Positions 38,356 through 50,010 of a stretch of 64,000 nt of DNA are shown piece after piece. The position numbers and the translations under genes are program-made. The notes beneath the pieces were generated by a model. That model saw only the letters and a program-made list of their open reading frames with translations, had not been told where the DNA came from and searched no databases. The DNA comes from Camelus dromedarius (lineage: Eukaryota): the NCBI RefSeq assembly GCF_036321535.1, contig NC_087436.1:39682001-39746000 (forward strand). Reading direction: 5' to 3'. Numbering within the stretch: position 1 is the stretch's first letter; every line of letters starts with the position of its first letter.

Positions 38356-38653
38356 TTCCCCTACATGTAGATTCTCTTTATCTTAGTAGTCTTATTTATG
38401 ATAAAGTTTATTTTGACATAAGGAACATCACCATTACTTATTGGTATGCAAATATTATGTCTGTATAATTTAGAATTTGAATTTGTGGAATTAGGAACAT
38501 AATTTAAATAATTTGAGAGAAAACAGTTCATAAAGTTGTGAATGCCAAAGAAGTTTTTGTGTCTCAGAACTTTTGGTTTCTTTGCTTTAAAAGATCTGGC
38601 AGAAATGAACTCCAAGTACAGCAGGATAAATAATTAAATTCCTCTTCATGCAA
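38356..38653 (-). pseudogene. Pseudo-exon: LHEEEFNYL/LYLEFISARSFKAKKPKVLRHKNFFGIHNFMNCFL...
   Basis: Acceptor ataccttgtag. Explains the ORF at 38361-38615. Resembles the RGS22/RGSL1 N-terminal segment (from memory). Confidence 0.5.
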
Positions 38654-38790
38654 CTACAAGGTATTTTGGAATAAAAAAACAATAACAACCATACAGCAAT
38701 TTACATATTTTATAAGTTACAAATTTTGTGGTTGTACAAATCAATGCTGTGGTGTGCTAACTTGTCATTAAAAGGCTAACAGCAGCATAC

Positions 38791-38886
38791 TGTAAAAAAA
38801 TGATTTAGTTGAATGGTCCTGATGCAGATATACTTAAAATCCAATAGCTTTCACCTGCTTTCATAAATGGTGGTCTGACCCAGCAC
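38791..38886 (-). pseudogene. Pseudo-exon (96 nt): VLGQTTIYESR*KLLDFKYICIRTIQLNHFFT
   Basis: VLGQTTIY resembles RGSL1 VFGQTPFY (from memory). Donor ACA|gtatgc is phase 0, matching the next exon. Acceptor degraded. Confidence 0.45.
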
Positions 38887-39487
38887 ACGAAATCAGGAAT
38901 CAGCCTAAAGCAGGAGGAATTGAAATATTTAAAATATCCACCCTATGCTACTAATTTGCTATTTGCTTCAAAAAAACCATGTTATAATGTATTCTGTATC
39001 TTCAAATATCATATTTGGGCCTCAGAAACTTTTACATGGATTTATTTAATTTAATTTTTCTGGAATACTCTCAACTATTTTTTTTTTTTTTTTTTTTTTG
39101 CTAGGAAATTATCTGTGTGTCACCAGAAGAGTCATGCATGACTCAGAGGGGAAAGGAAACCTTATACTTCTCTCTCCATCACTGAGGACCATCAATTTTA
39201 CCTCCCAAATGTCTCTCAAATGTCTATGTTGCCCCCTCTCCCTGCATCCATTCTAGGCCGAAACCCCATTGACTCTTATGCTGGTGAAACACCCTTCCAA
39301 TTATCCTTGAATCCATTTTGTCCTAACAAGCAATTCTTTAGGGAGTAACTAGAGTGACTTCATTACAATGAAAAATTTATTATGATGCTGCTAGCTTATC
39401 ATTTATTCATTTCCCATGCTCTTGAGATACAATTCAAAATCCTTAGCATGTGCTATAAAACACAAATGACGTTGGGCGCTGAAGATA

Positions 39488-40279
39488 TGATGCAGGAAAA
39501 ACGGATGTGGGGCATGAGGACGGCTGTGTCCCAGGTCTTGGCTGAGCCCCTGGGACATGCCCTGCCAAGTGTGGGTCTTTGGCTTCGCGCAGTTAAGAAT
39601 TCAAGAGCCAGCCACAGTTGAGTAAAGTTAGATTTATTCAGAGAGATACATTGAAAGGCAAAAGAAAGGCCACGAGGTGTGGGTGTTGGGTGCTCAGATT
39701 AAAAGTAGGTATGCACTCTATAGACAGAGTGTGGGCTGTCTCTGAATGGAGAGAGAGAGGTGGTGAGGGGCAGTGCTGCCCATTCTTATGGGCTTTGGTA
39801 GCTTCATATGCAAATAAGTGGAAGGACCAGTCTGACTAGCTTGGGGTAGGGGCTGGGATTCTCAGGAAGTTGGCCATTTCCCACTCTTTGACCTTTTGTG
39901 GCTAGTCTTGGGACTGTCATGGCACCTGTGGGCATGTTATTCACCATGCTAATTAATATAGTACAACAAGCGTATAATGAAGCTCAAGGTCTACTAGAAG
40001 TTAAATCTCCCATCATCTTGATCCTGAAGGCCTACTAGGGGTTGAATCTTTCACCATTTTGATGTTAATTGCTGTAGCATTCCTTGAATGGCTGTGCCCT
40101 TCTCCCTTTCTGTCTCATTCCCCTCCCAGAGATTTTACTCCCATAATCTTATGGGGTTGCAGAGGGGCGAAGGTCCGTCTTCTGAAACTGCTTCCATGCT
40201 GAGTAGGGGCGTTGACACTGCCTAATGGAGTAAAAATCTCTGAATGTCTAATCTAGGGGCCCCAGGGGCAGGACAGCCA

Positions 40280-40310
<31 letters not shown>

Positions 40311-40560
40311 TTGCTTTCGAGGTTTGAGGGTATGGGCTGGAATCTCCGCATAGCCATCATCTGATGTGGGGCTGCTGTAACCCACTGTTTCCACTGACTT
40401 CTGATGAATTTTCTTTAAGGTGAAGCACCTTTGTAACAACAATTTGACAGTCTGTAATGACAAAAAGACTTAAAAGCCATGGTTAAACGTCTGCAATCGA
40501 TAGAGACTTGTCTGTGATTATTAGAATTATGACTGATTATATTTAAATTAACATATTAAA
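39488..40560 (-). mobile_element. ERV1 3' LTR (39488-40117) with polypurine tract and adjacent internal remnant
   Basis: On the minus strand, gggaggggaa|TGAGACAG...TGCATCA. Retained CpGs suggest it is fairly young. No 5' LTR seen. Confidence 0.75.
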
Positions 40561-40739
40561 AAAAATCCCAGTTAATGTAGCACCTGAAAAAAACCCTGAA
40601 CATCTTCATGGCACTTATTATGGTTTGTGATTATATATTCATTTGTGTAACTATTCCCCTCGCTCTGTGTTCCCCTTTTGTGATTGTTTGGTCATGGATT
40701 TCACTTCTACATACGTATAAATCTTGCAATATTGTCAGT

Positions 40740-42256
40740 ATTTTAATTTTAGACAATTATTTTTTTAAAAGAGTCTTTAAAAAATCAGATAGAAATGGCT
40801 TTAAATATTTACCCTCATTTTTACCATTTCTGTAGCTTTTTATTTCTTTATGTAAATTGCAAATTTCAATGTGGTATCAAAGTCGTTGCCTAAAGAATTT
40901 CCTTGGATATTTCTTGCAGTGCATGTCTTCTGGCAATACATTTTATTTACTTTTGTTTGTCTAAAAAAGCCTTTATTTTGCTTTCATTGCTATAAGATAT
41001 CTTTGTTGGGTTAAGATTTCTGTTTTGACAGTTTTTTCTTTGAGTATTCTATTTTTGACTGGTGTATTATTTCTGACAAGAAGTCTGTTGAATACTTTAT
41101 CTGTAGGTAATGCTTATTATTTGGTTGCCTTCATGATTTTCTTTTTAGCTTTTTTTTTTTTAGCAGTTTGACTAGGATGTGTTTAATTTTAAAAGTATGT
41201 ATTCTACTTGGGTTTCTCTGAGTTCCTTAGATCTGTGGTTTGCTTGTTGTCTTTCATTAATTTTTGAAACTTGTTAGCTATTATCTCTTCAGCTGTTCCT
41301 CCTGCCCATTGTCCCCATTCCTCCTCCTAGAACCTAATGGTACATTTATTAGGCCAGTTGTTACTGAACCTCAACTCTTGGATGTTCTGTTCTGTTTTTG
41401 GATTCCTTTTTTCCCTTATGTTTGGATAAATTCCATTGACCTATCTTCAATTTTACTGATTCTTTCCTTAGCTTTGCCCAATCTGATGAGACGCTCATTC
41501 AAAGAATGTGTCTATAATATCATGTTTTTATTTCTAGCATTTTCATTTGATTTATTGTCTTCATTATTCTGCTAAATTTTCCCATTTATTTTATGGGAAT
41601 GTTATCATCTTTACCATAACAGGTTTTAATGTAATAAGCATAGTCACTTTAAAGACTTTGTTTATTAGTTCTAACATCTTGGTCATTTCCTTTTCTGTTA
41701 AACATTTTGTTTCTGGACTGTTTTTTCTTGATTTTTTTTTGGTGTGTATCATAGTAAATAACGTTTCTTTCTATAATGTATACCCCTTCTTTTCCTCTCT
41801 GGCCATCAGTTTTGGGGATTGAACCCATCTAATCAGTAGTTGAATTGGGTCTTGGTTTTTTTTATTGCTATAACCAAATTTAGTGCTCAGCAGACTTCAG
41901 ATGCTTCCAGGCATGAACCACTGCTACCTTGTACTTCGGTTGGATTTGAGATACTGGATGGGTTTCTCCATGTTTCTGGTCTACTCTCCCCTTTGAGCAG
42001 TCTTGGCACACATGTGCCAGTGTGAGGGGGTTCTCCATCCTCTTGCCAGCTGGCCTCCAATAATAGACTCCTGTTGCTCATTCCTCAGTGTTAGGTTTAT
42101 GGTTAGAATGATGAGTTCTCGCCTACCCTGGTCCAGCAGTTAATCTTAGGCAGGCAGGTGTACCTGGGACTCAGGTATATAATTTCTCAGTATTTCTCTC
42201 ACAGGAGAACCAAATTCTTCCTCCTATCTCTATATATTTATGTGTGGATGTGTGCA

Positions 42257-42296
<40 letters not shown>

Positions 42297-42620
42297 TGCG
42301 GGTGGTTGATCTTGGATGGGAGAGGGTTTCCTTCTGCTTTCCTAGTGTTAGCTGATGTTAGCTTTCTATCAGTCTTGATCCTAGGCCTGAGCCAATGTCC
42401 TGCCCCGGCTCCAGGGGCAAACAGCTGTTTTTTTCTACTCTTCTCCACTGAGGCATTTTGTCTTTGCCTGGCCCCTGAGAGAAATGGTTTACACCTCCTC
42501 TCCCAGTAGCTTAAAGCTTTTGTTTGGTGTGAGATAAGGGTCTAGGCACTGGGTTGGGTTTTATATCTATGTATCACTGAGGAGTCTCATGCAGTCTTGC
42601 AGAAGAGGATTTTTTCTCCT
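40740..42620 (-). mobile_element. Ancient L1M fragments
   Basis: Antisense L1M text (atttcttgcagtgcatgtcttctggcaa; ttctgacaagaagtctg; ttccattgacctatcttcaa). Confidence 0.7.
42260..42295 (+). repeat. (GT)n microsatellite
   Basis: Directly visible. Confidence 0.95.
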
Positions 42621-43089
42621 CTTGACTTAGATAGAGAAATGGAAAGAGAAATAGAAAGCTATTTTGTGTTGAAGTAGGTTCTATATTGGACACAAGTAGA
42701 TTTTAAGGAAACACTGTTAACTGCAAGATGAAATGCATGGTCTTTCTGTAACGCTCTATTAAAAAAATAAGAAACAAAATAAGTCAAATAAATGGTAGTT
42801 TAGGACTCTTCTATATTGTTCAAAAAACAGTAATTTTTTTGTAATCTTGGAAATTATATGCAATTATTAGATAGTTTTGATCTTCTGTAATTGTCTAAGG
42901 ATTAGCCATCAGTATCAGTTTTTAAATTTCCAAGTGCTGTTAAGAAGCTTCTGCAAACAAGGATTTTCCAACTCTGCTTCTCGATGTGCTTAGAAAGTCT
43001 TTTGGAATTTAGTTCAGGAAGTAAAGAATGTTCAGCCATCCCTGCTGTCTGTGTCTTTTTTCTCATTTCCCTCTAAAACAGCAGCAATA

Positions 43090-43290
43090 ACCATTGTCAC
43101 TTACTGAGGACTTGCTGAGTGTCAGGACCTCCTCTGGACACCTTATTTGCACTAACTTGTTTACCCTTCACAACAGTCTTGGGTGGGGGGTGATATTTAA
43201 TCCCTTCACTGAGGAAGTAGCTGTGATTTGTCCAATGTCCTATAACCACTGAGTGGCAGGGCTCAGAGTCAAGCCTGAGCAATCTGACTG
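43090..43290 (-). mobile_element. MIR SINE
   Basis: cacttactgag...cttcacaacag...tgaggaa...gatttgtccaatgtc...ctgact. Confidence 0.7.
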
Positions 43291-43599
43291 GAGTACTTAA
43301 GCACAACAACAAAGCCGTTTGTTTGTTAATAATTTTGTGAAAGTTTTAGATTTTCTAAACAAACGAAAAAAGAGACACCGTGGGAATTCAAACTTAAATA
43401 ATATTTTCTTAGTGCTATCTCATATAAAAAATAAATAAAATGTTTTTTCCTTACTCTAATTTTCTACCTTAATGATATTTTATGCTTTACATTTTACTTC
43501 AAAACTTTCTTAGAACTGAAAGTCTTTTCTAGGTATACCAAGAGTCATCTTAATGTGTACTACTAAATATAGTTTGGGGCAAACAGAAGAAATAATTAT

Positions 43600-43885
43600 T
43601 CTCACTGACTAGATACTAGATGACATTAAGGAATAAATATTAAATTATTTTGGGTGTGATAATGGTGCTGTGGTTATATTTAAAAGAGTTCTTAGCTTTT
43701 TAGAATTCATATGAAAACATCTTAAGAGGAAGTAATAGCACTTAGGGATATGCTTCAAAAGAAAATTGGTACAGGTAGGGGATGAAAGTATAGGTAAAAA
43801 TAATTGCCACGAATTAACCATTTTGAAACAGGGTGAGGGGAGCATGGAGGTCATTATTCTATTCTATTTGAAATTTTCCATACTA
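43600..43885 (+). mobile_element. L1ME-like 3' end
   Basis: gatgacattaaggaa...gtgtgataatggt...gggatatgcttcaaaa...tttgaaattttccata. Confidence 0.75.
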
Positions 43886-44578
43886 ACAAGCAAAAAGAGA
43901 AAAAGAAATAGTTACATTAAGGGGCATCACTGTAACATACCAATGTTCAGTGTTCAAGGAATTGTAATAGCCTTGTCTGCCTAGTATGTTCCAGACAATG
44001 GCAATACAAGGATGGCTAAAATGCATGGTTCTTGCCATTCGATTATACACTCGTAAGAGGGAAAGTAATAATAAATTATATTTCAAGACAGCATGGTATG
44101 GGTTATGATTTTAAAAAGTAGTAGACTGCTAAAGGATTAGCACAAACCTAGACAAAATGTATTCTATCTCAGCAATCCTATGAAGATCTGATTATTATTC
44201 TGTATTTTAGAAGAATATTTAACAAAGGAAAATGTTCACTTTAAACTTTTAAGTAAGAAAACGTACTTTAAAATTTTGTAATTAAAAATTAATTTTAATT
44301 TAAAAGTTTAAAGGCTACATACCAAAATAGAAACTTAGTTATCTTTGGATGATTGAGAACATAAATTTAAAAGAAAATTATTTTGAGTTTTCAACTAATA
44401 TACATTTAACCTGTATTTTTATAATAAAATTAGGCATTTCTAAATATTAATATAATTTTATTTACAATGAGTTTTTTAATCATATGTTTATGCTATAAGG
44501 AGAAAATAGCATGAGGTCATGTTAGAGGAACTGTAAATTTTTTATGCTTATGGGAAGGGGGAAAAAAATCCACTGGGC

Positions 44579-44690
44579 AAGGAGGGTATAGCTCAGTGGT
44601 AGAGTGTGAGCCTAGCATGCACAAGGTCCTGGGCTCAATCCCCAGTACTTCCACTAAAAATAAATAAAAACCTAATTACGCCCCCCAAAA
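44579..44690 (+). mobile_element. Vic-1-like SINE
   Basis: ggagggtatagctcagtggtagag...caatccccagtacttcca, flanked by ccactgg on both sides. Confidence 0.9.
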
Positions 44691-46068
44691 GCCACTGGAA
44701 GTGGCTAAAAAGTGTTAAAGTAAAATGCATAATTTCCTAGGAGTGGCTAATACGATATTAGCTATTCCACACACATTGGAATTTTATTGGATTTGAAGTA
44801 TATAATATAAAGATTATCAGAATGAGTTTATCAATGTGATAAACATGTCAACTTATTAATGCTACAAATGTGTCTGAAGGAAATTTTTAAACCTCAAATA
44901 ATACGAAATAAATAATGGTCTTTATACAAAGGTGGGAATTCTAACATGTCTCTTTCATCTGTATTTGTAACACCCTTTAATTTGGCAAATATACTTTTTG
45001 TAGTGTATGTGTATATTTGTAGTATGAAGTAGTTTATTGGAGAGTTTATTGCTCCATTCATACAACTCATTTAATTTCTTCTGCAGTTGTATCAGCTTTA
45101 CTGTTTATCCTATTTGTGTTCTTCACTTTATTTTCATATTCTATTTTTTTAAAGATGCTAAAATAGAAATTTGGAAAGTAACACTACATTTTATTTTTCT
45201 ACATTGAAGAAACCATATTATACTGTTTTGGACATAACTCTTAACTTAAGGAGTTGTGTCATTTTTGTTTTATTATTTCATGAAGTGTTTTTAGACCAAC
45301 CAGACAAGCATTCTTACAAAAAAGGATATTTTTGCCTTTTTATTAAAGGTATTCATTTTGCATAATATTCTGTCACTTGAATGGCACTGTTTTCTTTTTT
45401 TTCCCTTAAAGAATAATGTGGAAAATGTCTGAGTATTGTGTTAGAATTCAGAGTCATTCCACATACCATGTAATTTATATGAAAGAATCAGCTTTCCAAA
45501 TATATTTCAAAAACCCTGATACTCTTTCCAACCCTTTGCAACTCATTTTTTGTAATAAAAAAAATTTTTTTTTAGCTCAATTACTTGGCACTATTTATAA
45601 AGAAAGAATTTGCAGGATGTTTGTTGCCAAGTTGTGTTATGCTCCAAAGTGAACAATTTGTTTCAGCTTTGGAGAAGTTCAGCATTTTTCTGTCTCTAGA
45701 GATAAGTAGGAAAAATGATACCATTCTATGCATTTGCTACCCCCGATCATAACTCTGTCTAGCACATGTATTAAGATGATCTCTTACTGGAACTGAATCT
45801 TAAAATTTCTTCTGTATTTGCTAAGTTGTTTCCTCTTTTTAACTTTCTACATTATATATTAACTAGAAAATAATATACATCAAAGCCATTCAATTAACAA
45901 ATATTTTTGAATGAATATGATATGCAAGGCATTGTTCTGAACACTTGAGATACAACTGTGAACAAATAGGCAAAATTCTCCACCCCTCAAGGAGCCCACA
46001 TTTTGGTGGAGGCTGGAGATACCATAAAGGAGTAAAAGTGATGATGCCATTTGGTCACTGTCTTAGTC

Positions 46069-46411
46069 TCTTTGGGCTGCTATGACAAAATACCACACCC
46101 TGGGTGCTTTATACAATTTATTGCTCATAGGTCTGGAGGTTGGAAAGTCCTAGATCAAGGTACCGGCGTGGTGGTCTTCTGGGAAGGGCCCCTTCCTGGT
46201 TCACAGCCAGCACCTCCTGCTGTGTCCTCACTTGGTGGGAGGGGCTGGGGGGTCTCTGGAGCCTCTTTTATAAGCACTGATCCCATTCATGAGGTCCCCG
46301 TCCTCACGACCTAAGGACCTCCTGGAGTCCCCACTTTCTAGTACATGACATAGGGCTCTAGAATTTTCAACATATGAATTTTTCAGGGACACAAATGTTC
46401 AGGTCATAGTA
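46069..46411 (-). mobile_element. MLT1A-like solo LTR within an L2 remnant
   Basis: tgtcttagtc...gggctgctatgacaaaataccac...caacatatgaattt...gtcatagta. Confidence 0.85.
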
Positions 46412-47071
46412 ATCACAAATACTGTGGGGAAAAAAAAGAGATAGTGAGACAGTAGGGTCTGGGGACTGGGAGCTGCAGTTTAAATGAAGATTAGGAAAAC
46501 ATAAACTGGCTGTCATGCACCCAATCCCACACAACTGTGTCCATTTAGTTGATCAATTCTGATGCTGTATATCATGTAGGAAAAAAACCCTTTATAAATG
46601 ACTGTGTTTCTTATTGAATTAACTCTAACAATTACTGCTGTAATAAAAAGCATGTCCCCTTGGGGGCTTAGAGTAGGTCTGGTCATTTTGAATTTGATAA
46701 AAAGTAAATTTGTAAAGGTCTTCCATGAGCAAAAGGGTGTTCTGTGTGCATTAATGACCTAAAGCTGTGAAAAGAGCCCAATGGTAGCTCAATTAGTTTC
46801 AGCTGTGGGTAATAAAAAAGGCCTAAAAATAGTGGCTTCAGCTAATGGATGCATGTTTCTTAGTGATAGACATGGAAAAAAAGCTGGGTGATCTAGCTCT
46901 AGAGTGACAACCCAACAGTATTGTGGACCCAGCTCCTTCTCTTTTTTTCCCTTTTTTTCTCTTTTTTGTAACTTCATCCTAAAGTTACCTCATGGTAAGT
47001 AAATGTGCAGTGAAGGTCCTCTCAGTGGGGGAAGAGGGGGTGCTTGCTCACTGTGCTTTAAGGGGTGACAC

Positions 47072-47642
47072 TGTGGGCTTGGGGGGCTCAAGTCCTGCAC
47101 ATTTCAAAGGAAGGACTGGCCCTTGACTGGCTTCTGGGCAATTATAACCTTTGAGTCCTCAGAATATTCCACCCAATAAGAGTGTCCCTGAGCGTTTATG
47201 GTCATAATGTGATTTATGGTGAACACCTGGTTTTGTTCCCTAGGACCCTGGGCTGCACTATCAGTTTGCCCTCTGTCAGGGCTGGACACTGAGTCGCCAA
47301 GGTCAGTTGCATGGATGTTCCCAGCCTACGGTGACCGATTCCCAGCAAAACCTTGGACACTCAGGTGAGCTTCTCTGCTTGACGACACTTGATACTTGTC
47401 ACACCTCATTGCTGGGAGAGTGAGGTGCTGTGTACGAAACTCTTGGGAGAGGATGCCTGGGAACTCATGTCTGGTTTCTCCTGGACGCCGCCCCCCCGCC
47501 CCCCCCCCCATGCGTCTTTCTCTTCTACTGTTCCTATTCTGTGTCCTTTTGTTGTATAAACCATGCCATGAATATAACAGCTTTTCTAGGTCCCGTGAGT
47601 CCTGCTGGCAAATCATCCAGTGGTCTTGGGGGCTCCTGACGC
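47072..47642 (+). mobile_element. MER21-like LTR nested in an older MaLR remnant
   Basis: aaaggaaggactggcccttgactggcttctggg...tgtataaaccatgccatgaatataac...gtgagtcct. Confidence 0.7.
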
Positions 47643-49789
47643 GGCAGGTAATTACTATTACATCTGTGCCACAGATCGTAGGAAGAAGTCCATGACTTTT
47701 CCAATAAGAATACTTCCTGATTGTTGAACACAATATTTCCGTTTATGTATTATTGGCTAACAGCTGGTTACAAGGCCCCAGTAGCTTTAATCCTCTATAG
47801 TTCGGCAGTAGCGTGTTCATGCAAAACTTAGATTCTTGTCACTGAACTAAAAGGGGAGAGTGGATACTAAGAAGCAACCAGCAGTCTCTTCAGCAAGTGG
47901 ACTACATTTGCTGTATAAGAAAAATATACTTTCCAGCTACTTTGGTGTTTTCTCAGTTTTTTAACTTCTACTTTTCCTATTTAATATCTCACAGTTTTAA
48001 TTGACAATTCAATTGACAAATTGACAAAATTGATTTACTTATAGCTATCAAAATCTTCATTGAAAATTTGGTGTTTTAATGTAGATTTTTCTGTTCTCCT
48101 TATTTATTTCCTTTTATTTGGTATATCCATGCTGTAAGCTTTACTCAGGCCTGTGAACTAAATTAATGAGGCACTGCTAAGGGAGATAATGACACATGAT
48201 GAAGACAAAGTGTTGGGCAAGAATTTAGCTGCTTTCTTTGAACCAAAATGAAATAGTTTTGTGCTTTATCCATCTATTGTCTGTCCATGTCTCTATGTAT
48301 TTATTTTCTTGTCTATCAGCTCATGGAGCTGACTTTATGGTCACATTCCTCACCAATTCAGGGCTGTTCTTATACGTTTTCCTTAGAGCTAACGCATTCT
48401 TTCTTTGGCCTTGATGTGGGTCCTGTGACGCCACATCTCTGCACTCTCCCATGTAGCAATCTAAGATGGTCTCTTTTCTCCTCCTCTCTCCTTTTTGAAT
48501 CTATTTCCCTGTTTCCCACCACTGCTGTATTAGACAGGTTGGCTAAGAGAGAAACTGCCTGAGAGAAACTGCCTCACAGCCCCTGCGCAGGGAGGAGGTC
48601 TAAGTCATTCTAGAGATGGAGGTGACCACAGTCTGTATCATGTGGCCCCCTCCAGTCTTCACCGAGAGCTCTGAGCTGGAGTGGGTACCTGACCAACCCA
48701 TAGGCTTACCCAGCAGGTGATTTGACACAAAAATTTTGCCCAAGTAAGGATCGGCTGAGCAAATTAGACTCTTTCTCCTGTGAATTTAAACTGGAAATAT
48801 GGACCAGGAGATTAGGTAGTTGAAGCAGAAGTTGAACAAAACATTCAGAGAAAGTGGTAGGACAGGAAGGCCATGAGGAAATAAGTAAAAAGTAAGGGTG
48901 CTGTTGCTGATAGTTTGTGAAAGGAGGAAAAACAGAGACAGACAGGAGCTGAATATCATGCAAGCAGAGAGCAATAACTTCTGCCACCCAGATAAAAAAG
49001 GAAAGCCACTCATTCCCTAGAAGCCACTCATTCCCTAGAATCTCCACTTCTGGGTTCCAGTCTCTGTGAGGTTTTACGCCCCAGGATTGCCTTGAGATTC
49101 CCGTGGTCCTCATGTGAACGTTTATCTTCGTGATAAACTTCTGGTTACTTGAGGTAATCCTGTATGAACCCAACTCACATCAGTTTTTACCATTTTATTT
49201 TTTATCATGATTCTCCCTCCTTTATCCTCAAATGGTTATTGCTAGTTCTGAACTCAAATCTTCTCCTTTAGTTCTTCACAATTTAGCTCTCACACTGTAG
49301 GGCTCACGATTCTATTCTCGCGAGAGTTCCCTTTTACTCTCAGCATGGTCAGGCACTCTTTATCTCTGTATCTCTACAAGGACTCACAATTTATATTGAT
49401 GTGTTAAAGCAAACCCTCACTGGCTGCCATTAAACATTTAAACCAACCCCACCTTCCCTGACCCCTCGTTGCCTCACATTTTTATTTTAAGGCACACTAC
49501 CCAAAATGGGGAGTATTCCCCATACTTCACGATCTCCTGGAGGAGTAAGACCAGTTCCCTTCCTCCCTTCCTCCCTTCCTCCCCCTCTCTATCTCTCTCT
49601 CTCCATATAAACAGATAAGTTTATATAACCTCTACAAAACTACAGCTGTCATGTGGTTTATAAATAAGATCTTGGATGCTGGAGTGACTCACTGTGCTAA
49701 GTGATATGCAGACACATTAACAAAATGTGTGTGTCAAGGGATTTACATTTTCATTTCTAAAAACTTTTCTTATGACACTGTCCCTAAGC

Positions 49790-50010
49790 CAGTGGTTTTC
49801 AACAGTTCTTAAATGGTTGAGCCACTTTTTTTCCAAATGTGAAATCCCAGTGTATAAAACATACAGAGAGGAGCAGCTCTGCTGTGAACTGGAGTGAAAT
49901 CCCTAAGACTCCCTGTTTCAATAGCTTCCTGCCAAATCCCTGCTAGCTGCTCTTTAAGGTGCCTTCTCTGAGCCATACAGCTCTTTGGAGGGTGGTTTGA
50001 AAACCATTTC
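49790..50010. mobile_element. hAT-type MITE
   Basis: cagtggttttcaac ... tttgaaaaccatt inverted ends. Confidence 0.55.

Larger units (their letters stand above)
2300..38886 (-). pseudogene. Decayed multi-exon (unprocessed) gene, putative multi-RGS-domain protein of the RGS22/RGSL1 type
   Basis: About 20 minus-strand exon-like segments with polypyrimidine-AG acceptors and GT donors, several phase-matched junctions, in-frame stops and 1-nt frameshifts. Recurrent RGS-like motifs in the manual translation. Boundaries are approximate and the family call comes from memory of RGSL1/RGS22. Confidence 0.65.

Noticed and set aside
47326..47733. 135-aa and 99-aa ORFs
   Set aside because: They lie mostly inside a MER21-like LTR.
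48706..49173. 155-aa minus-strand ORF with a repeated LGNEWL
   Set aside because: Lies in an old LTR-like remnant, and the repeat comes from a simple ~18-bp tandem duplication at ~49003-49038.
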